A stretch of 64,000 bases of DNA from an uncultured Chloroflexia bacterium (GCA_963734535.1 CAVTHS010000007.1:96001-160000), one strand, 5' to 3'. Positions 9,327-20,211 are shown, counted from the first letter of the stretch. Program-made: numbers and translations. Notes: generated by a model not told the origin, from the letters alone.

Positions 9327-10589
9327 TCAGTCCCCTTCGTAGTGCTTGAAGATCAGCGCGCCGTTGTGCCCGCCGAGGCCGACGTTGTCGGAGACCGCGT
9401 AACGGATCTCGCGGCGGACCGTCTCCCGGGGGACGTTGAGGTTGATCGCCGGGTCGGGGTCGCGGAAGGTCGGCACGCCCGGCACGGCCTGGTTGTGGAC
9501 CGAGAGGACCGTGAAGATCGCCTCGACGGCGCCCGCGGCGCCCATCAGGTGGCCGGTCAGCGATTTCGTGGCGCTGATCGGGATCTCCGGCGTCCGCTCG
9601 CCGAAGACGGCCCAGAAGGCCTCGGCCTCGCGCAGGTCGCCGAGCGGCGTCGAGGTCCCGTGCGGGTTGATCATGTCGATCCACTCGGCCTTCACGTCGT
9701 GGCGCTCGAGCGCCTGCAGCAGCGCCCGCCGGACGCCATCGCCCTTCTCCACGGGCTGGATCAGGTCCCACGCGTCGGCTGCGGAGCCGAACCCGGTCAC
9801 CTCGGCGTAGATGGTCGCGCCGCGTGCCCGTGCGAGCTCCAGGTCCTCGAGGATCACGGCGCCGGCGCCCTCGCCGAGGACGAAGCCGTTGCGCGTGGCG
9901 TCGAAGGGTCGCGAGATGGTCTGCTCGGGCTCGCCGGGCCGCGGCGTCCCCATCCCGCGCATGTTCGAGAAGCCGATGTGGATCAGCTCGTGGAGCGGGC
10001 TCTCCGTGGAGCCGGCGAGGGCCGCGACCACGTCGCCGCGCCGGATCAGCTCGGCAGCCTCGCCGATGTTGTGCGTGCCCGTGGAGCAGGCTGTCACGAT
10101 GCACATGTTCGGGCCGCGAATCCCGGTCTCGATCGCGATCTGGCCCGACGCCGTGTCGGGCAGCATGTTCGCGATGTAGAAGGGGCTGACGGCGCGGGCG
10201 CCCTTCGATTCCCAGACCTGCCGGTTCTCCATCAGGAGGCGGGAGCCGCCGCCGCCCGACCCGAACAGGACCCCGATCTCGTCGCGGTTGGCGTCGGTGA
10301 CCTCGAGGCCGCTGTGGGCGAGCGCCTTCTTGGCCGCCGCGACGCCGAGGACCACGTTCCGATCCGTCCGGCGGACCTCCTTGAAGTTCATCCAGGCGGC
10401 CGGGTCGAAGTCGTGGACCTCGCCGGCGACCTGGCATTCGTACGGCGACGGATCCCAGTAGGTGATGTGGCCGAGGCCGCTGACGCCGTCGACGAGATGC
10501 TCCCAGACGGTGTCGACCTCCGATCCGATGGGGCTGACGATGCCGAGGCCGGTGACGGCGACGCGGCGTGTGTAATCGGGCTTTCGCAC
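9327..10589 (-). CDS. fabF: Beta-ketoacyl-ACP synthase II (second paralog)
   Basis: RRVAVTGLG, TACSTG, PHGTST, GHL, GLGGHNG. Confidence 0.93.
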   Translation of the reverse strand: MRKPDYTRRVAVTGLGIVSPIGSEVDTVWEHLVDGVSGLGHITYWDPSPYECQVAGEVHDFDPAAWMNFKEVRRTDRNVVLGVAAAKKALAHSGLEVTDANRDEIGVLFGSGGGGSRLLMENRQVWESKGARAVSPFYIANMLPDTASGQIAIETGIRGPNMCIVTACSTGTHNIGEAAELIRRGDVVAALAGSTESPLHELIHIGFSNMRGMGTPRPGEPEQTISRPFDATRNGFVLGEGAGAVILEDLELARARGATIYAEVTGFGSAADAWDLIQPVEKGDGVRRALLQALERHDVKAEWIDMINPHGTSTPLGDLREAEAFWAVFGERTPEIPISATKSLTGHLMGAAGAVEAIFTVLSVHNQAVPGVPTFRDPDPAINLNVPRETVRREIRYAVSDNVGLGGHNGALIFKHYEGD

Positions 10590-10664
10590 GGTGCTGGGAG
10601 GTCCTCCGGGTGGATCGAGTGCGGGTGTCAGGTCCGGTGATGATGGATGGATGGATGGGGCGGG

Positions 10665-11630
10665 TCAGGCCGCCGGGGTGGCGTCGGGATCGGCCAGGCC
10701 GCCGGGGGCGCCCGGGTCGTCGAGCGGGATGGTCTCCGCCTCCGGCGCGATCCGGCGAATGAGCCCGGAGAGCACTCGGCCCGGGCCGACCTCCACGAAC
10801 CGCTCGACGCCGGCGGACCGCATGGCCGTGACGGCAGCGATCCAGTCGACGCCGGTCGTGAGGTGGTCGACGAGCTCCGTGCGGCAGGCGTCAGCCGTGG
10901 TCAGCGGCCGGGCGTCGGCATTCGCGAGGAGCGGCACAGCCGGGGCGTGGAACTCGACGCCGGCCAGGGCGGCACGCATGCCGGCGGCTGCCTCGACCAT
11001 GAGCGGCGAATGGGCCGCGACGCTGACCGGCAGTACGACCGCACGCTTGGCTCCGAGGCCCCTTGCTGCGGCCGCAGCGGCCTCGACCGCAGGGCGGACG
11101 CCGGACACGACGACCTGGCCGGGCGAGTTCCGGTTCGCCACGCCGAATGTCCCGTGGGCGGCGCCGACCGCCACCAGCTCGGGCAGGCGCTCGTCGGGAA
11201 GGCCGATGATCGCGGCCATCGCGCCCGGGTTGCCCTCGCCGGATGCCTGCATGAGCCGCCCACGCTCGCGGACCAGGCGCATCCCGTCGCGCAACGACAC
11301 GACGCCGGACGCGACGAGGGCGCTGTACTGGCCCATGGAGTGGCCGGCGGCGAACGCAGGCGCGAGCGGGTGGCGGCCGCCTGCCTCGCGCCGCTCCTCG
11401 AGGGCGCGGAGGAACGCGATCGAGGCGGCCAGGAGCGCCGGCTGGGCATGGACGGTCAGGTCGAGCTCATCCGCCGGGCCGGTCCAGGCGAGGCGGCTCA
11501 GCGGCTCACCGAGGGCCGCATCCGCCTCCGCGAACACGGCGGCGGCGGCAGGAGACGCCTGGGCAAGCGCACGGCCCATGCCGACGGCCTGCGACCCCTG
11601 GCCGGGGAAGACGAACGCAAGCGAGGACAT
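10665..11630 (-). CDS. fabD: Malonyl-CoA:ACP transacylase
   Basis: FVFPGQGSQ, QPA, GHSMG, VSVAAHS; GAGGAGG RBS before ATG 11630. Confidence 0.95.
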   Translation of the reverse strand: MSSLAFVFPGQGSQAVGMGRALAQASPAAAAVFAEADAALGEPLSRLAWTGPADELDLTVHAQPALLAASIAFLRALEERREAGGRHPLAPAFAAGHSMGQYSALVASGVVSLRDGMRLVRERGRLMQASGEGNPGAMAAIIGLPDERLPELVAVGAAHGTFGVANRNSPGQVVVSGVRPAVEAAAAAARGLGAKRAVVLPVSVAAHSPLMVEAAAGMRAALAGVEFHAPAVPLLANADARPLTTADACRTELVDHLTTGVDWIAAVTAMRSAGVERFVEVGPGRVLSGLIRRIAPEAETIPLDDPGAPGGLADPDATPAA

Positions 11631-11747
11631 CGACCTCCTCGAGCATGTCGGCGGGCGCCGGCAGCGGGAATTGCGGGCATGGGCGGCTCGCCGGAAAGAG
11701 ATTGAGCACGAGCGTACTCCCGCTTGCGCGCGACGCGGGCAAATCGC

Positions 11748-11761
11748 GTGCAACCTTGCAC
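11748..11761. promoter_or_regulatory. Candidate MarR operator palindrome
   Basis: GTGCAA-CC-TTGCAC in the fabD/marR divergent spacer; a second imperfect TTGC...GCAA palindrome lies at 11724-11742. Confidence 0.4.
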
Positions 11762-11793
11762 CCATCGGCTCGTTCGGGCTAGGCTCGCACCCG

Positions 11794-12375
11794 ATGCCGA
11801 ACACGCCGCGACCCCGCCGCCCGGGCGGCCACGCCCGCGTCACGACCGCGAGCCTGGAGGCCATGGCCGACGACGTCCTGCTCGCCCCGGTCGCGGCCGC
11901 GCGGAACCGTATCCAGAACCCGCGCGAGCTGTCCGACCGGGTGGCCTTCGGCAAGGCGCTCTGGCGCGAGCTCGTGATCGGGTTCGCGGCGCAGCTTGGC
12001 GAGGTGCGCCTCGGCTTCACGCAGCTCGCCGCGCTCTACGCGCTCGCGGACGGCGGCACCACGACGATCGTCGACCTGGCTGACACGCTCAACCGATCGC
12101 CGTCGGCGACGTCGCGCCTGGTCGACGGCCTGGAGCGCCGGCGCCTCCTCGAACGCCGCGCCGAGATCGACGACCGGCGGATGCGCTCCGTCTGGCTCAC
12201 GGAGCGCGGACGCGCGCTCCTCGCCGTCATCGACCGATCGCGTGCGGACCAGTTCCTCGCGGTGGTCCGGCCACTGCCCGCCAACGAGCGGGCGATCGTG
12301 GCCATGGGCGTGGCCGCGCTCGCGACTCGCGCGGTCTCCCGCCGCGGGCGGCTCATCAAGCAGCGGCCGGAGTAG
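11794..12375 (+). CDS. MarR family transcriptional regulator
   Basis: wHTH pattern LADTLNRSPSATSRLVDGLERRRLLER...DDRRMRSVWLTERG; start is uncertain (11794 or 11863). Confidence 0.88.
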   Translation: MPNTPRPRRPGGHARVTTASLEAMADDVLLAPVAAARNRIQNPRELSDRVAFGKALWRELVIGFAAQLGEVRLGFTQLAALYALADGGTTTIVDLADTLNRSPSATSRLVDGLERRRLLERRAEIDDRRMRSVWLTERGRALLAVIDRSRADQFLAVVRPLPANERAIVAMGVAALATRAVSRRGRLIKQRPE

Positions 12376-12422
12376 GCGCCAGGGCCAGCCGCCTTCAGCC
12401 CCCGGAGTCGGTGGTCACCCGC

Positions 12423-12734
12423 TCAGCCGCCGCGGCGGGTGACCAGCTCCTGTGCCAGGGCGGCGATCGTCAGAAGCGTCGGGATCAGGACGAGGGCGGC
12501 GACCATCAGGAAGAGGAGCCGGAGGTTGCGTCGCTCGTCGGCCCGACGTTCGTCGGTCGCCTCATCCTCGCCACCCGGCGCGAAGTAGGCGTCCAGGCCG
12601 CGGGGTCGGTCCGGCGCCGTGTAGATCGCTCCCGGTTCGGCGGCGGCTGAGGCGGCGGGGCCGGCGGCTGGCGCGGCGGCTGGGGCGGCCGCGGGCACGA
12701 TCTCGGGGCCAGGCAGGTGGTTCTCGTTGGTCAC
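12423..12734 (-). CDS. Small hypothetical membrane protein
   Basis: 103 aa with one C-terminal TM helix; overlaps or abuts the LLM gene region. Confidence 0.6.
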   Translation of the reverse strand: MTNENHLPGPEIVPAAAPAAAPAAGPAASAAAEPGAIYTAPDRPRGLDAYFAPGGEDEATDERRADERRNLRLLFLMVAALVLIPTLLTIAALAQELVTRRGG

Positions 12735-12783
12735 GATGCCATCATGCGCCGCCGCGGTCCTGGCCGCTGCCGGCGTGGCGGGA

Positions 12784-13713
12784 TCAGCCGAGTCGCTCGC
12801 GGAGCGGTACGGCGACCTCGCCGGCGACGGCGGCCAGCCCGCCGGGAGCCACGGTCGCAGGGAGGCCGAGGATCACGTGGTTGGCCCCGGCCCGGACGAA
12901 CCGGCGGCCGACGCCGAGTGCCGCCGCGCGGTCGGCCGGCGTTGCGCCGCAGCTGAGCTGGGCCGCGAAGGCGAAGTCGTCGGGGTCGCGCCCGGCCGAC
13001 GCGAGGGCGCGCCGGATCTCGTCGCGCTTCTCGACGAAGTAGGCGACATCGCCGGGCCGGTTGCCGGGCATCGGCCAGCCATCCGCATACCGCACGGCGA
13101 GGGCGATCCCGCGCCGCCGCTGGCCGCCGAGCCAGATCGGCGGGCCGCCGGGCCGCAGGGGAGGCGGCTCGTTCGTGGCGCCGTGCAGCGGGTAGGACGG
13201 ATCGTCGACGTGCACGCCGGGGGCGGTCCGTGCCGCGTCCGAGAACAGCGCGGCGATCGTCCGGACGGCACTCTCGTATCGGTCGAAGCGCTCCGCGATC
13301 GGCGGCAGCGGGATGCCGAACGCGTCGTGCTCGCCCTCGTGCCAGCCGGCGCCGATTCCGAGGATGAATCGCCCGCCCGTCACGTGATCGAGCACCGTCG
13401 CGGCCTTCGCCACGATCGCGGGGTGGCGGAACGTGTTGGCGAGCACCGCGATGCCGATCCACTTGCCAGGCACGCGGTGGGCGAGCGCGGCCGCCATGGT
13501 CAGGGACTCCAGCGCGGGACCGCCGTGCGGCTGGTTCGCGTCCGAGAGGTGGTCGCTCATCCAGCCCGCGTCGAGGGCGTCGATCTCGCCGGCGAGCGCC
13601 CACGTCTCGTCGAGCCGTGTCCAGTCGGTGCCCGCCGCGCCGGTCGCGGCGATCCGGAAGCCGACCAGGCCAGGGCGTCGCGACGAGGGCGCCTCGAGGG
13701 ACGGATGCGTCAC
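12784..13713 (-). CDS. LLM-class flavin-dependent oxidoreductase
   Basis: WMSDH, RHPAIVAKAATVLDHVTGGRFILGIGAGW, PPIWLGG. Confidence 0.9.
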   Translation of the reverse strand: MTHPSLEAPSSRRPGLVGFRIAATGAAGTDWTRLDETWALAGEIDALDAGWMSDHLSDANQPHGGPALESLTMAAALAHRVPGKWIGIAVLANTFRHPAIVAKAATVLDHVTGGRFILGIGAGWHEGEHDAFGIPLPPIAERFDRYESAVRTIAALFSDAARTAPGVHVDDPSYPLHGATNEPPPLRPGGPPIWLGGQRRRGIALAVRYADGWPMPGNRPGDVAYFVEKRDEIRRALASAGRDPDDFAFAAQLSCGATPADRAAALGVGRRFVRAGANHVILGLPATVAPGGLAAVAGEVAVPLRERLG

Positions 13714-13735
13714 GGCGGTTCCCCTCGGCCCCGGA

Positions 13736-15475
13736 TCACGCGTTCGGAAGGCTCGCCCGGAGCCGCGCGCCGGTGGTGATCGCCCCGTCCGACGCCGAGG
13801 AGACCAGCGCCGCGTACTTCGCCATCACGCCCCCACGGTAGGGTGGGGGAGGTGGCGACCACGCCGCGCGCCGGGCAGCCAGCTCGGCCGCGTCCACCAG
13901 CAGGTCCATCGCCTTGCGATCGACGTCGATCTCGATCTCGTCTCCCTCCCGGACGAGGGCGATCGGCCCGCCGAGCGCGGCCTCGGGCGCGACGTGGCCC
14001 ACCATCAGGCCGTGCGTGCCGCCGGAGAACCTGCCATCGGTGAGGAGCGCGACCTGGTCGCCCAGGCCCTCACCGACGAGAGCGGCCGTGACGCTGAGCA
14101 TCTCCTGCATCCCCGGCCCGCCGACCGGACCCTCGTAGCGGATCACGATCACGTCGCCGGGCCGGATCGTGCCGGCCTTGACCGCCGCGAAGCAGGCCGT
14201 CTCCGAGTCGAAGACGCGGGCCGGGCCGCGCTGGAAACGCCGCTCGTGACCGGCCAGCTTGATGACACAGCCGTCCGGGGCAAGCGAGCCGTGGAGGATC
14301 GTGAGCCCACCGATCGGCTTGATCGGCGTTGCGATCGGCACCACGACCTGCTGCCCGGGGGTCTCGCTCGCCGCGGCGCCGATCTCGGCGATCGTCCGGC
14401 CGTCGAGCGTGGGAGCGTCGCCGTGGAGCAGGTCGCGCGACAGCAGCTCGCGCATGACCAGGGACACGCCACCGGCGTCGTACATCTCGGAGGCGGAGAA
14501 GCGCCCGCCGGGCTTCAGGTCGGCCACGATGGGCGTCCGGTCGGCGATCGTCCCGAAGTCGTCGATCTCGAGCGGGATTCCGGCCTCGCGCGCGATCGCG
14601 AGCAGGTGCAGCACGCCGTTCGTGGAGCCACCCGTGGCCGCCACGGCCGCGATGCCGTTCTCGAGGGCGTGCCGGTCGACGATGGCGGAGGGCCGGACGT
14701 CGCGGCGGACCAGGTCCATGACCAGCTCACCGCACCGGCGGGCAGCCGCGTCCTTCGCGGGATCCTCGGCGGGGATGCCGTTGAGGCCGGCCGGCGAGAG
14801 CCCGATGAACTCCATCACCATGCTCATCGTGTTGGCCGTGTACTGGCCACCGCATGCCCCGGCGCCCGGGCATGCGGCGCTCTCGATCCCATAGAGCTCG
14901 TCGAGGGTGATCGTGCCGGCGCGATAGGCGCCGACGGCCTCGAACACCGTCACGATATCGGCGTTCCTGCCCTTGTAGGTGCCCGGGTAGATCGTGCCGT
15001 TGTAGAGGACCAGGCCCGGCCGGTCGAGCCGGACGAGCGCCATCGCGGCCCCGGGGATCGTCTTGTCGCACCCGACCAGGCAGACCATTCCGTCGAAGAG
15101 GTGGCCGCGAGCCACCAGCTCGATCGAGTCGGCGATCACCTCGCGGCTGACCAGCGACGCCTTCATCCCGTCCGTGCCCATCGAGACGCCGTCGCTGACG
15201 GAGATCGTGTTGAACTCCATCGGCGTGCCGCCGGCCGCGCGGACCCCCTCCTTGACGGACTCCGCCAGCCGGCGCTGGTTGAAGTTGCAGGGCATCGTCT
15301 CGATCCAGGTGGTCGCCACGCCGATCAGCGGGCGGGCCAGGTCCTCGTCGGTGAATCCGATCGCCTTGAGCATGGCGCGTGCCGCCGCGCGGTCCGGCCC
15401 GTCGGTCAGCGCCGCGCTGTAGCGCTTGGCCGGATCGCTCGGCAGGTTGTATGGATGAGTCGCACGGTCGGTCAT
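13736..15475 (-). CDS. ilvD: Dihydroxy-acid dehydratase
   Basis: [38 protein letters not shown]. Confidence 0.97.
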   Translation of the reverse strand: MTDRATHPYNLPSDPAKRYSAALTDGPDRAAARAMLKAIGFTDEDLARPLIGVATTWIETMPCNFNQRRLAESVKEGVRAAGGTPMEFNTISVSDGVSMGTDGMKASLVSREVIADSIELVARGHLFDGMVCLVGCDKTIPGAAMALVRLDRPGLVLYNGTIYPGTYKGRNADIVTVFEAVGAYRAGTITLDELYGIESAACPGAGACGGQYTANTMSMVMEFIGLSPAGLNGIPAEDPAKDAAARRCGELVMDLVRRDVRPSAIVDRHALENGIAAVAATGGSTNGVLHLLAIAREAGIPLEIDDFGTIADRTPIVADLKPGGRFSASEMYDAGGVSLVMRELLSRDLLHGDAPTLDGRTIAEIGAAASETPGQQVVVPIATPIKPIGGLTILHGSLAPDGCVIKLAGHERRFQRGPARVFDSETACFAAVKAGTIRPGDVIVIRYEGPVGGPGMQEMLSVTAALVGEGLGDQVALLTDGRFSGGTHGLMVGHVAPEAALGGPIALVREGDEIEIDVDRKAMDLLVDAAELAARRAAWSPPPPPYRGGVMAKYAALVSSASDGAITTGARLRASLPNA

Positions 15476-15592
15476 CGAGCGGGTCCTCGCGGCTGGCGGT
15501 TGGTGATCGGGTCACGGAGCGACGAAGGTGCGGTGGCGTCGCGAAGTGTACGGCGCCGCCGCCCGGGGCCGGGGTGCCCGAGCTCGCGCGCG

Positions 15593-16786
15593 TCAGTGCA
15601 GGCAGGCCCCGGTGTCCGCGGCGGCAGTCCGGCCGAGCATCGGGTTGACTCGGTCGGCCACGGCGAGCGGGTCGAGCGCGTAGCCGACCCCCGCGTCGGT
15701 CCGCGATTCGGCGAAGACCACGCCGCCCACCGTCCCGTCCGCCAGCACGAGCGGGCCGCCGCTGTCGCCGGGCTCGACCGGCGCGCGCAGCTCCAGGATG
15801 TCGCGGATCACGATGTGGGTGGCATACAGGTCCCGGCCCCGGGCGCGGATCTCGGCCGACACGGCCGCCGGGATCACGGTCAGGGCGCCGCCGTTCGGAT
15901 GCCCGAGCGCCGCCCCGACCGTTCCACGCCCGGGGGCGGAACCGGCGAGCACGAGGGGCCGGAAGACCAGGTCGGGCGTCCTGACGAGCGCGAGGTCGAG
16001 CTCGGGATCGAAGAGCACGACGACCCCGCGACTGCGATGACCCGTCACGTCCGAGGTCACCGCCACGCTCGAGGCCCCCGCAACGACGTGGGCGTTGGTG
16101 ACCACGAAGCTCGGGGCAACGGCGAACCCGGTGCCGGTCAGGATCTGGCCGCATGCCTGCGCGTCCACCCGGACGACGCTCTCGCGGGCCGGCGCCGCGA
16201 TCTGCTCGGCGGTCGCCCGGCCAGGCACGGGGACGGCTGGCGCCGGCTGGGGCTCCAGGCCGCTGAACACCTGCGGCAGGCCGGAGGCGTCGATGAGGCC
16301 CCCCAGCTCGCCGGCCACCTCGGACGGCGGGGGTAGAACGCCCAGGAGCGCCCGCACGGCGGCGCTCCGCTGGGACTCGCGGGCGAGCGACGGGAACGGG
16401 CCGGTCGCGAGGAGGCCCCCGATGAGCCACGCGAGCACGAGCGCCTGGGCGACGCCGAAGGCGGCGCCGAGCACGGCGTCGAGCCGATTGGCGACCCCGC
16501 GCCCGAGCCGGTCACGAAGCCCGGCACCGAGCGTCGACCCGATCGCCTCGGCAGTCGCGACGACGAGGAACGCCCCCCCGAAGGCGAGGAACGCACGGAT
16601 TGGGGCGTCGAAGCGGTCGATGGCGCCCGCGACAGCCGGCGCCAGGAGCACGACGGCCGCGATCCCCACGGCCGCGCCCGCCAGGCCGAGGACCTGTGGG
16701 ATTGCGCCGGAGCGCCAGCCGAGCACCGCGGCGACGACGACGATCGAGATGACCGCGAGATCGACGAGGTTGACGGGAAGGTCCAC
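15593..16786 (-). CDS. MarP-family serine protease (CvpA-like membrane domain + trypsin-like domain)
   Basis: Four N-terminal TM segments, TNAHVV, DLAL, GDSGGP. Confidence 0.9.
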   Translation of the reverse strand: MDLPVNLVDLAVISIVVVAAVLGWRSGAIPQVLGLAGAAVGIAAVVLLAPAVAGAIDRFDAPIRAFLAFGGAFLVVATAEAIGSTLGAGLRDRLGRGVANRLDAVLGAAFGVAQALVLAWLIGGLLATGPFPSLARESQRSAAVRALLGVLPPPSEVAGELGGLIDASGLPQVFSGLEPQPAPAVPVPGRATAEQIAAPARESVVRVDAQACGQILTGTGFAVAPSFVVTNAHVVAGASSVAVTSDVTGHRSRGVVVLFDPELDLALVRTPDLVFRPLVLAGSAPGRGTVGAALGHPNGGALTVIPAAVSAEIRARGRDLYATHIVIRDILELRAPVEPGDSGGPLVLADGTVGGVVFAESRTDAGVGYALDPLAVADRVNPMLGRTAAADTGACLH

Positions 16787-16916
16787 GCGCAGATTGTGGC
16801 GCCCGCGACCTCGCCGCGCGATGATTGCGCCGCGACCAGGTCTCGACGACGCGCGGATTCGGCGTGCAGGCTCCGGTCCAACGGACCGGCCATCCAGCGA
16901 AGGAGTGCCCGATCAC

Positions 16917-17588
16917 ATGCCCTGGCATCACCGGCTCGACGTGCTCCGGACGATCCTGGACGTCGGCGCCGTCCCCACCTTCGTCGCACCCGACCCGGAC
17001 TCCGCCTTCGCGTTCGTGGCGGGCTGTCGCGACGGCGGGGCACGCGTCGTCGAGTTCACGAACCGGGGAGAGTTCGCGTACGCGACGTTCGCGGACCTGG
17101 CACGCCGCGTCAGCCGGGAGCTGCCCGACGTGATCCTGGGTGCCGGCACGATCATCGATGCGCCGACCGCGGCACTCTTCATCGCGGCGGGTGCGAGCTT
17201 CATCGTCGGACAGTCGCTCAGCGCCGAGGTCGCGCGGCTCTGCAACCGGCGGCGGATCGCCTACATACCAGGCGCCGGGTCGGCCACCGAGATCGCGATG
17301 GCCGAGGAGCTGGGCTGCGAGATCGTGAAGCTCTTCCCGGCGGCCGCGTTCGACGGGCCGGCGTTCGTGCGCAACTTCCTGGCGCCCAGCCCGGCGTCCC
17401 GGGTCATGCCCACGAACGTCGAGGCGACCGAGGAGGCAACACGGGCGTGGTTCGCGGCGGGCGCCGCCTGTGTCGGCGTCGGCGGGCACCTCTACCCGGG
17501 CGAGCTGATGCGCGGCGGGGATCGGGCGGCCATCGCGGAGCGGACGCGGACGTTCCTCGGCTGGGTTGGGGCGGCGCGGACCGGGTAG
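16917..17588 (+). CDS. eda: KDPG/KHG aldolase family protein
   Basis: VVEFTNR, LGAGTIID, Schiff-base Lys in IVKLFPA, CVGVGG. Confidence 0.85.
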   Translation: MPWHHRLDVLRTILDVGAVPTFVAPDPDSAFAFVAGCRDGGARVVEFTNRGEFAYATFADLARRVSRELPDVILGAGTIIDAPTAALFIAAGASFIVGQSLSAEVARLCNRRRIAYIPGAGSATEIAMAEELGCEIVKLFPAAAFDGPAFVRNFLAPSPASRVMPTNVEATEEATRAWFAAGAACVGVGGHLYPGELMRGGDRAAIAERTRTFLGWVGAARTG

Positions 17589-17748
17589 CCCGCCAGCACG
17601 CGACGCGTCTGCGACCGGGTACGCAGGACCGACGCGCCGCGGCGCAGGCGCCGAGCCGTGCCGGATCGCGAATCGGCGGCCGGCCTCGTCGGTCCCGTCC
17701 TGCGCCGCCCGCCCTCACCCGGCCGCTCGCGGGTGCCATGATGCGGAC

Positions 17749-19788
17749 ATGAGCGATCCATTCGATTTCGACCGCATGCTGGCCCTCCCGCGCCTGTCGT
17801 CACTCCGGCTCAGCCCGGATGGCCGGCGTCTCGTGGTCGCCGTGGGGCGACCCGATGCCGAGGGGAAGAAGATGACCACCTCCCTCTGGCAGGTGGACCC
17901 TGCCGATGCGGTCGCGGCGCGGCGGCTCACCCGCTCCGTCGCCGGGGAGACGGGCGGGGCTGCGTTCGCGCCCGACGGCTCGCTCCTCTTCACGTCCAGC
18001 CGGCCCGATCCCGACGCGAAGCCCGACCCGGAGAAGCCGATCCAGGCGCTCTGGCTGCTTCCCCCGGACGGCGGGGAGGCGCGCATGCTCGTCGCGCCCG
18101 AGGGTGGCGTCGACGGCCTCGTGGTGGCGCGCCAGGCGCCGGTCGTCGTGTTCGGGAGCGGTGTCCACGTTGGGGCGACGACGTTTGCCGAGGATGCCGA
18201 GCGCGCCAAGGCACGCAAGGACGCCGGGGTGACGGCCCTCCTCTTCGAGAACGACTACCCGGTCCGCCACTGGGACCACTGGCTGGCCCCGCGGCGCCGG
18301 CACCTGTTCGCGGCCGACCTGCCGCCTGGGCCGGAGTCGCGGCTGGCCGCACCCCGCGATCTCGAGCGCGACCCGTCCACGTTCGCCTTCGAGGACACGG
18401 GCGCCGACATCACCCCCGATGGGCGGACCGTCATCGCCTCGCGGAACGACCCGAGCGCGATGCCCGAGATGCGCGAGGACCTGGTCGCCTATGACGTCGC
18501 AACGGGTGAGGCGCGCGTGCTTACGTCCGGCGACGCGTGGTACGACGCGCCCGCCTGTTCACCGGACGGTCGGAGCGTGGCTGCGCTCCGCGTGACCCGC
18601 GGGGCCCCGGACACGGCCCAGCGTGTCGGGCTCGTGGTCATCGACCTCGCGACAGGCGCGCAGCGGCCGATCGCCGCGGGCTTGGACCGCTGGCCTGACG
18701 GACCCGTCTGGTCGCCCGACAGCCGGGCCATCTTCTTCACCGCCGACGACGACGGGCACGCTGCCGTCTACCGCGTCGAGATCGGCGGCGACGACGACGG
18801 GCGCGTCTCTCGCCTGGCGTGCGACGGCGCCTGCTCCGACCTGTGTCCGACGCCGGACGGAACCGCGCTCTACGCGCTCCGCTCGACGATGGCCTCCCCT
18901 CCGCGGGTCGTGCGGCTGGACGCGCACGCGATCGACCAGGCACCCGTCGAGCTCGCGAACTCGATCGACGAGGCCGGCATCGTGGCGCCCGGGATCGTGG
19001 AGCGGCTCACCGCGACCGCGGCCGACGGGACGACGATCGGGTCGTGGCTGATCCGGCCCGCCGATGCCTCTGCCGAGGCGCCTGCGCCGCTCGTCGCCTT
19101 CGTCCACGGCGGCCCGCTCGGCTCGTGGAACTCGTGGCACTGGCGATGGAACGCGCACATCCTCGTCTCCCGAGGCTACGCGGTCATCGGGCCGGACCCG
19201 GCGATCTCGCTCGGATACGGCCAGGCGATGATCCAGCGCGGCTGGGTGGACTGGGGCGCGGCGCCCTTCACGGACGTGATGACCGCGATCGACGGCGCGC
19301 TCGAGCGCCCCGACCTCGACGCCTCGCGGACGGCGCTCATGGGCGGCTCGTTCGGCGGCTACATGGCGAACTGGGTGGCCGGGCACACGGACCGCTTCCG
19401 GGCGATCGTGACGCACGCCAGCCTCTGGGAGCTGCGCGGATTCCACGGCACGACGGACACCGGCGCCCTCTGGGAGTTCGAGATGGGCGACCCGTATCGC
19501 GACCCGTCGCGCTACATCCGCGAATCGCCCAGCGAGCACATCGGCACGATCGCGACGCCGATGCTGGTCATCCATGGCGAGCAGGACTTCCGGGTCCCCG
19601 TGAGCGAGGCGCTGCGCCTCTGGACGGACCTGCGGCGCCACGGGGTGGCCGCGAAGCTCCTCTACTTCCCGGACGAGAATCACTGGATCCTCAAGCCCGC
19701 GAACGCGCGCCTCTGGTATGCGACGGTCCTCGCGTTCCTCGACGAGCACGTTCTCGGGAAGCCCTTCGAGCGGCCGCCGCTGCTCTGA
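17749..19788 (+). CDS. S9 family (prolyl oligopeptidase-like) peptidase
   Basis: WD40-like SPDG repeats, VHGGP, GGSFGG, HGEQDFRV, FPDENH. Confidence 0.93.
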   Translation: MSDPFDFDRMLALPRLSSLRLSPDGRRLVVAVGRPDAEGKKMTTSLWQVDPADAVAARRLTRSVAGETGGAAFAPDGSLLFTSSRPDPDAKPDPEKPIQALWLLPPDGGEARMLVAPEGGVDGLVVARQAPVVVFGSGVHVGATTFAEDAERAKARKDAGVTALLFENDYPVRHWDHWLAPRRRHLFAADLPPGPESRLAAPRDLERDPSTFAFEDTGADITPDGRTVIASRNDPSAMPEMREDLVAYDVATGEARVLTSGDAWYDAPACSPDGRSVAALRVTRGAPDTAQRVGLVVIDLATGAQRPIAAGLDRWPDGPVWSPDSRAIFFTADDDGHAAVYRVEIGGDDDGRVSRLACDGACSDLCPTPDGTALYALRSTMASPPRVVRLDAHAIDQAPVELANSIDEAGIVAPGIVERLTATAADGTTIGSWLIRPADASAEAPAPLVAFVHGGPLGSWNSWHWRWNAHILVSRGYAVIGPDPAISLGYGQAMIQRGWVDWGAAPFTDVMTAIDGALERPDLDASRTALMGGSFGGYMANWVAGHTDRFRAIVTHASLWELRGFHGTTDTGALWEFEMGDPYRDPSRYIRESPSEHIGTIATPMLVIHGEQDFRVPVSEALRLWTDLRRHGVAAKLLYFPDENHWILKPANARLWYATVLAFLDEHVLGKPFERPPLL

Positions 19789-19807
19789 CACCACCCGGGG
19801 GATATCG

Positions 19808-20185
19808 ATGACCGGCGACGACGCGCCCGCAGGCTCGGCACGCGCGCGCTCGACTGCCACGTCGCCGCCCGGACCGGCCGGGCCTGCTCTTCCTGCGCCT
19901 GCGCCTGACCTCGTCGCGCAGGCACCTGGCGACCCGTTCGAGGCGAAGGTGCTGCGAAGCTTCTTCCGTGATGGTCGGCTGGTCTCGATCCCCGCGCAGG
20001 ATCGGAAGAAGCTCGTCGTGCTCCGGCACCTGCTCGAGCGCTGCTTCCCCGAGGATCGGGCCTATCCGGAGAAGGAGGTCAACCAGCGGCTCGCGCTCTT
20101 CCACCCGGACGTGGCCGCGCTGCGACGATACCTCGTGGACTTCGGGCTGATGACCCGCGCATCCGGCGAGTATCGGCGCTCCTGA
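19808..20185 (+). CDS. DUF2087 domain protein
   Basis: FFRDGRLVSIPAQDRKK...YPEKEVN...DVAALRRYLVDFGLMTR...Y. Confidence 0.85.
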   Translation: MTGDDAPAGSARARSTATSPPGPAGPALPAPAPDLVAQAPGDPFEAKVLRSFFRDGRLVSIPAQDRKKLVVLRHLLERCFPEDRAYPEKEVNQRLALFHPDVAALRRYLVDFGLMTRASGEYRRS

Positions 20186-20211
20186 GGGCAGCCCGGGGCC
20201 CCGCCGCCCCG

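Noticed and set aside
7937-10589. fabF pair as a type II PKS KS/chain-length-factor pair
   Set aside because: Both keep the active-site Cys and both His residues; no ACP, cyclase or tailoring genes are nearby.
10639-10658. (GGAT)n microsatellite between fabD and fabF as a phase-variation tract
   Set aside because: Only about three units; too short to support the claim.
13433-16336. 967 aa plus-strand ORF and many similar long Arg/Pro/Gly-rich ORFs
   Set aside because: Shadow frames of real genes (ilvD, marP and others), expected at this GC content; no family motifs.
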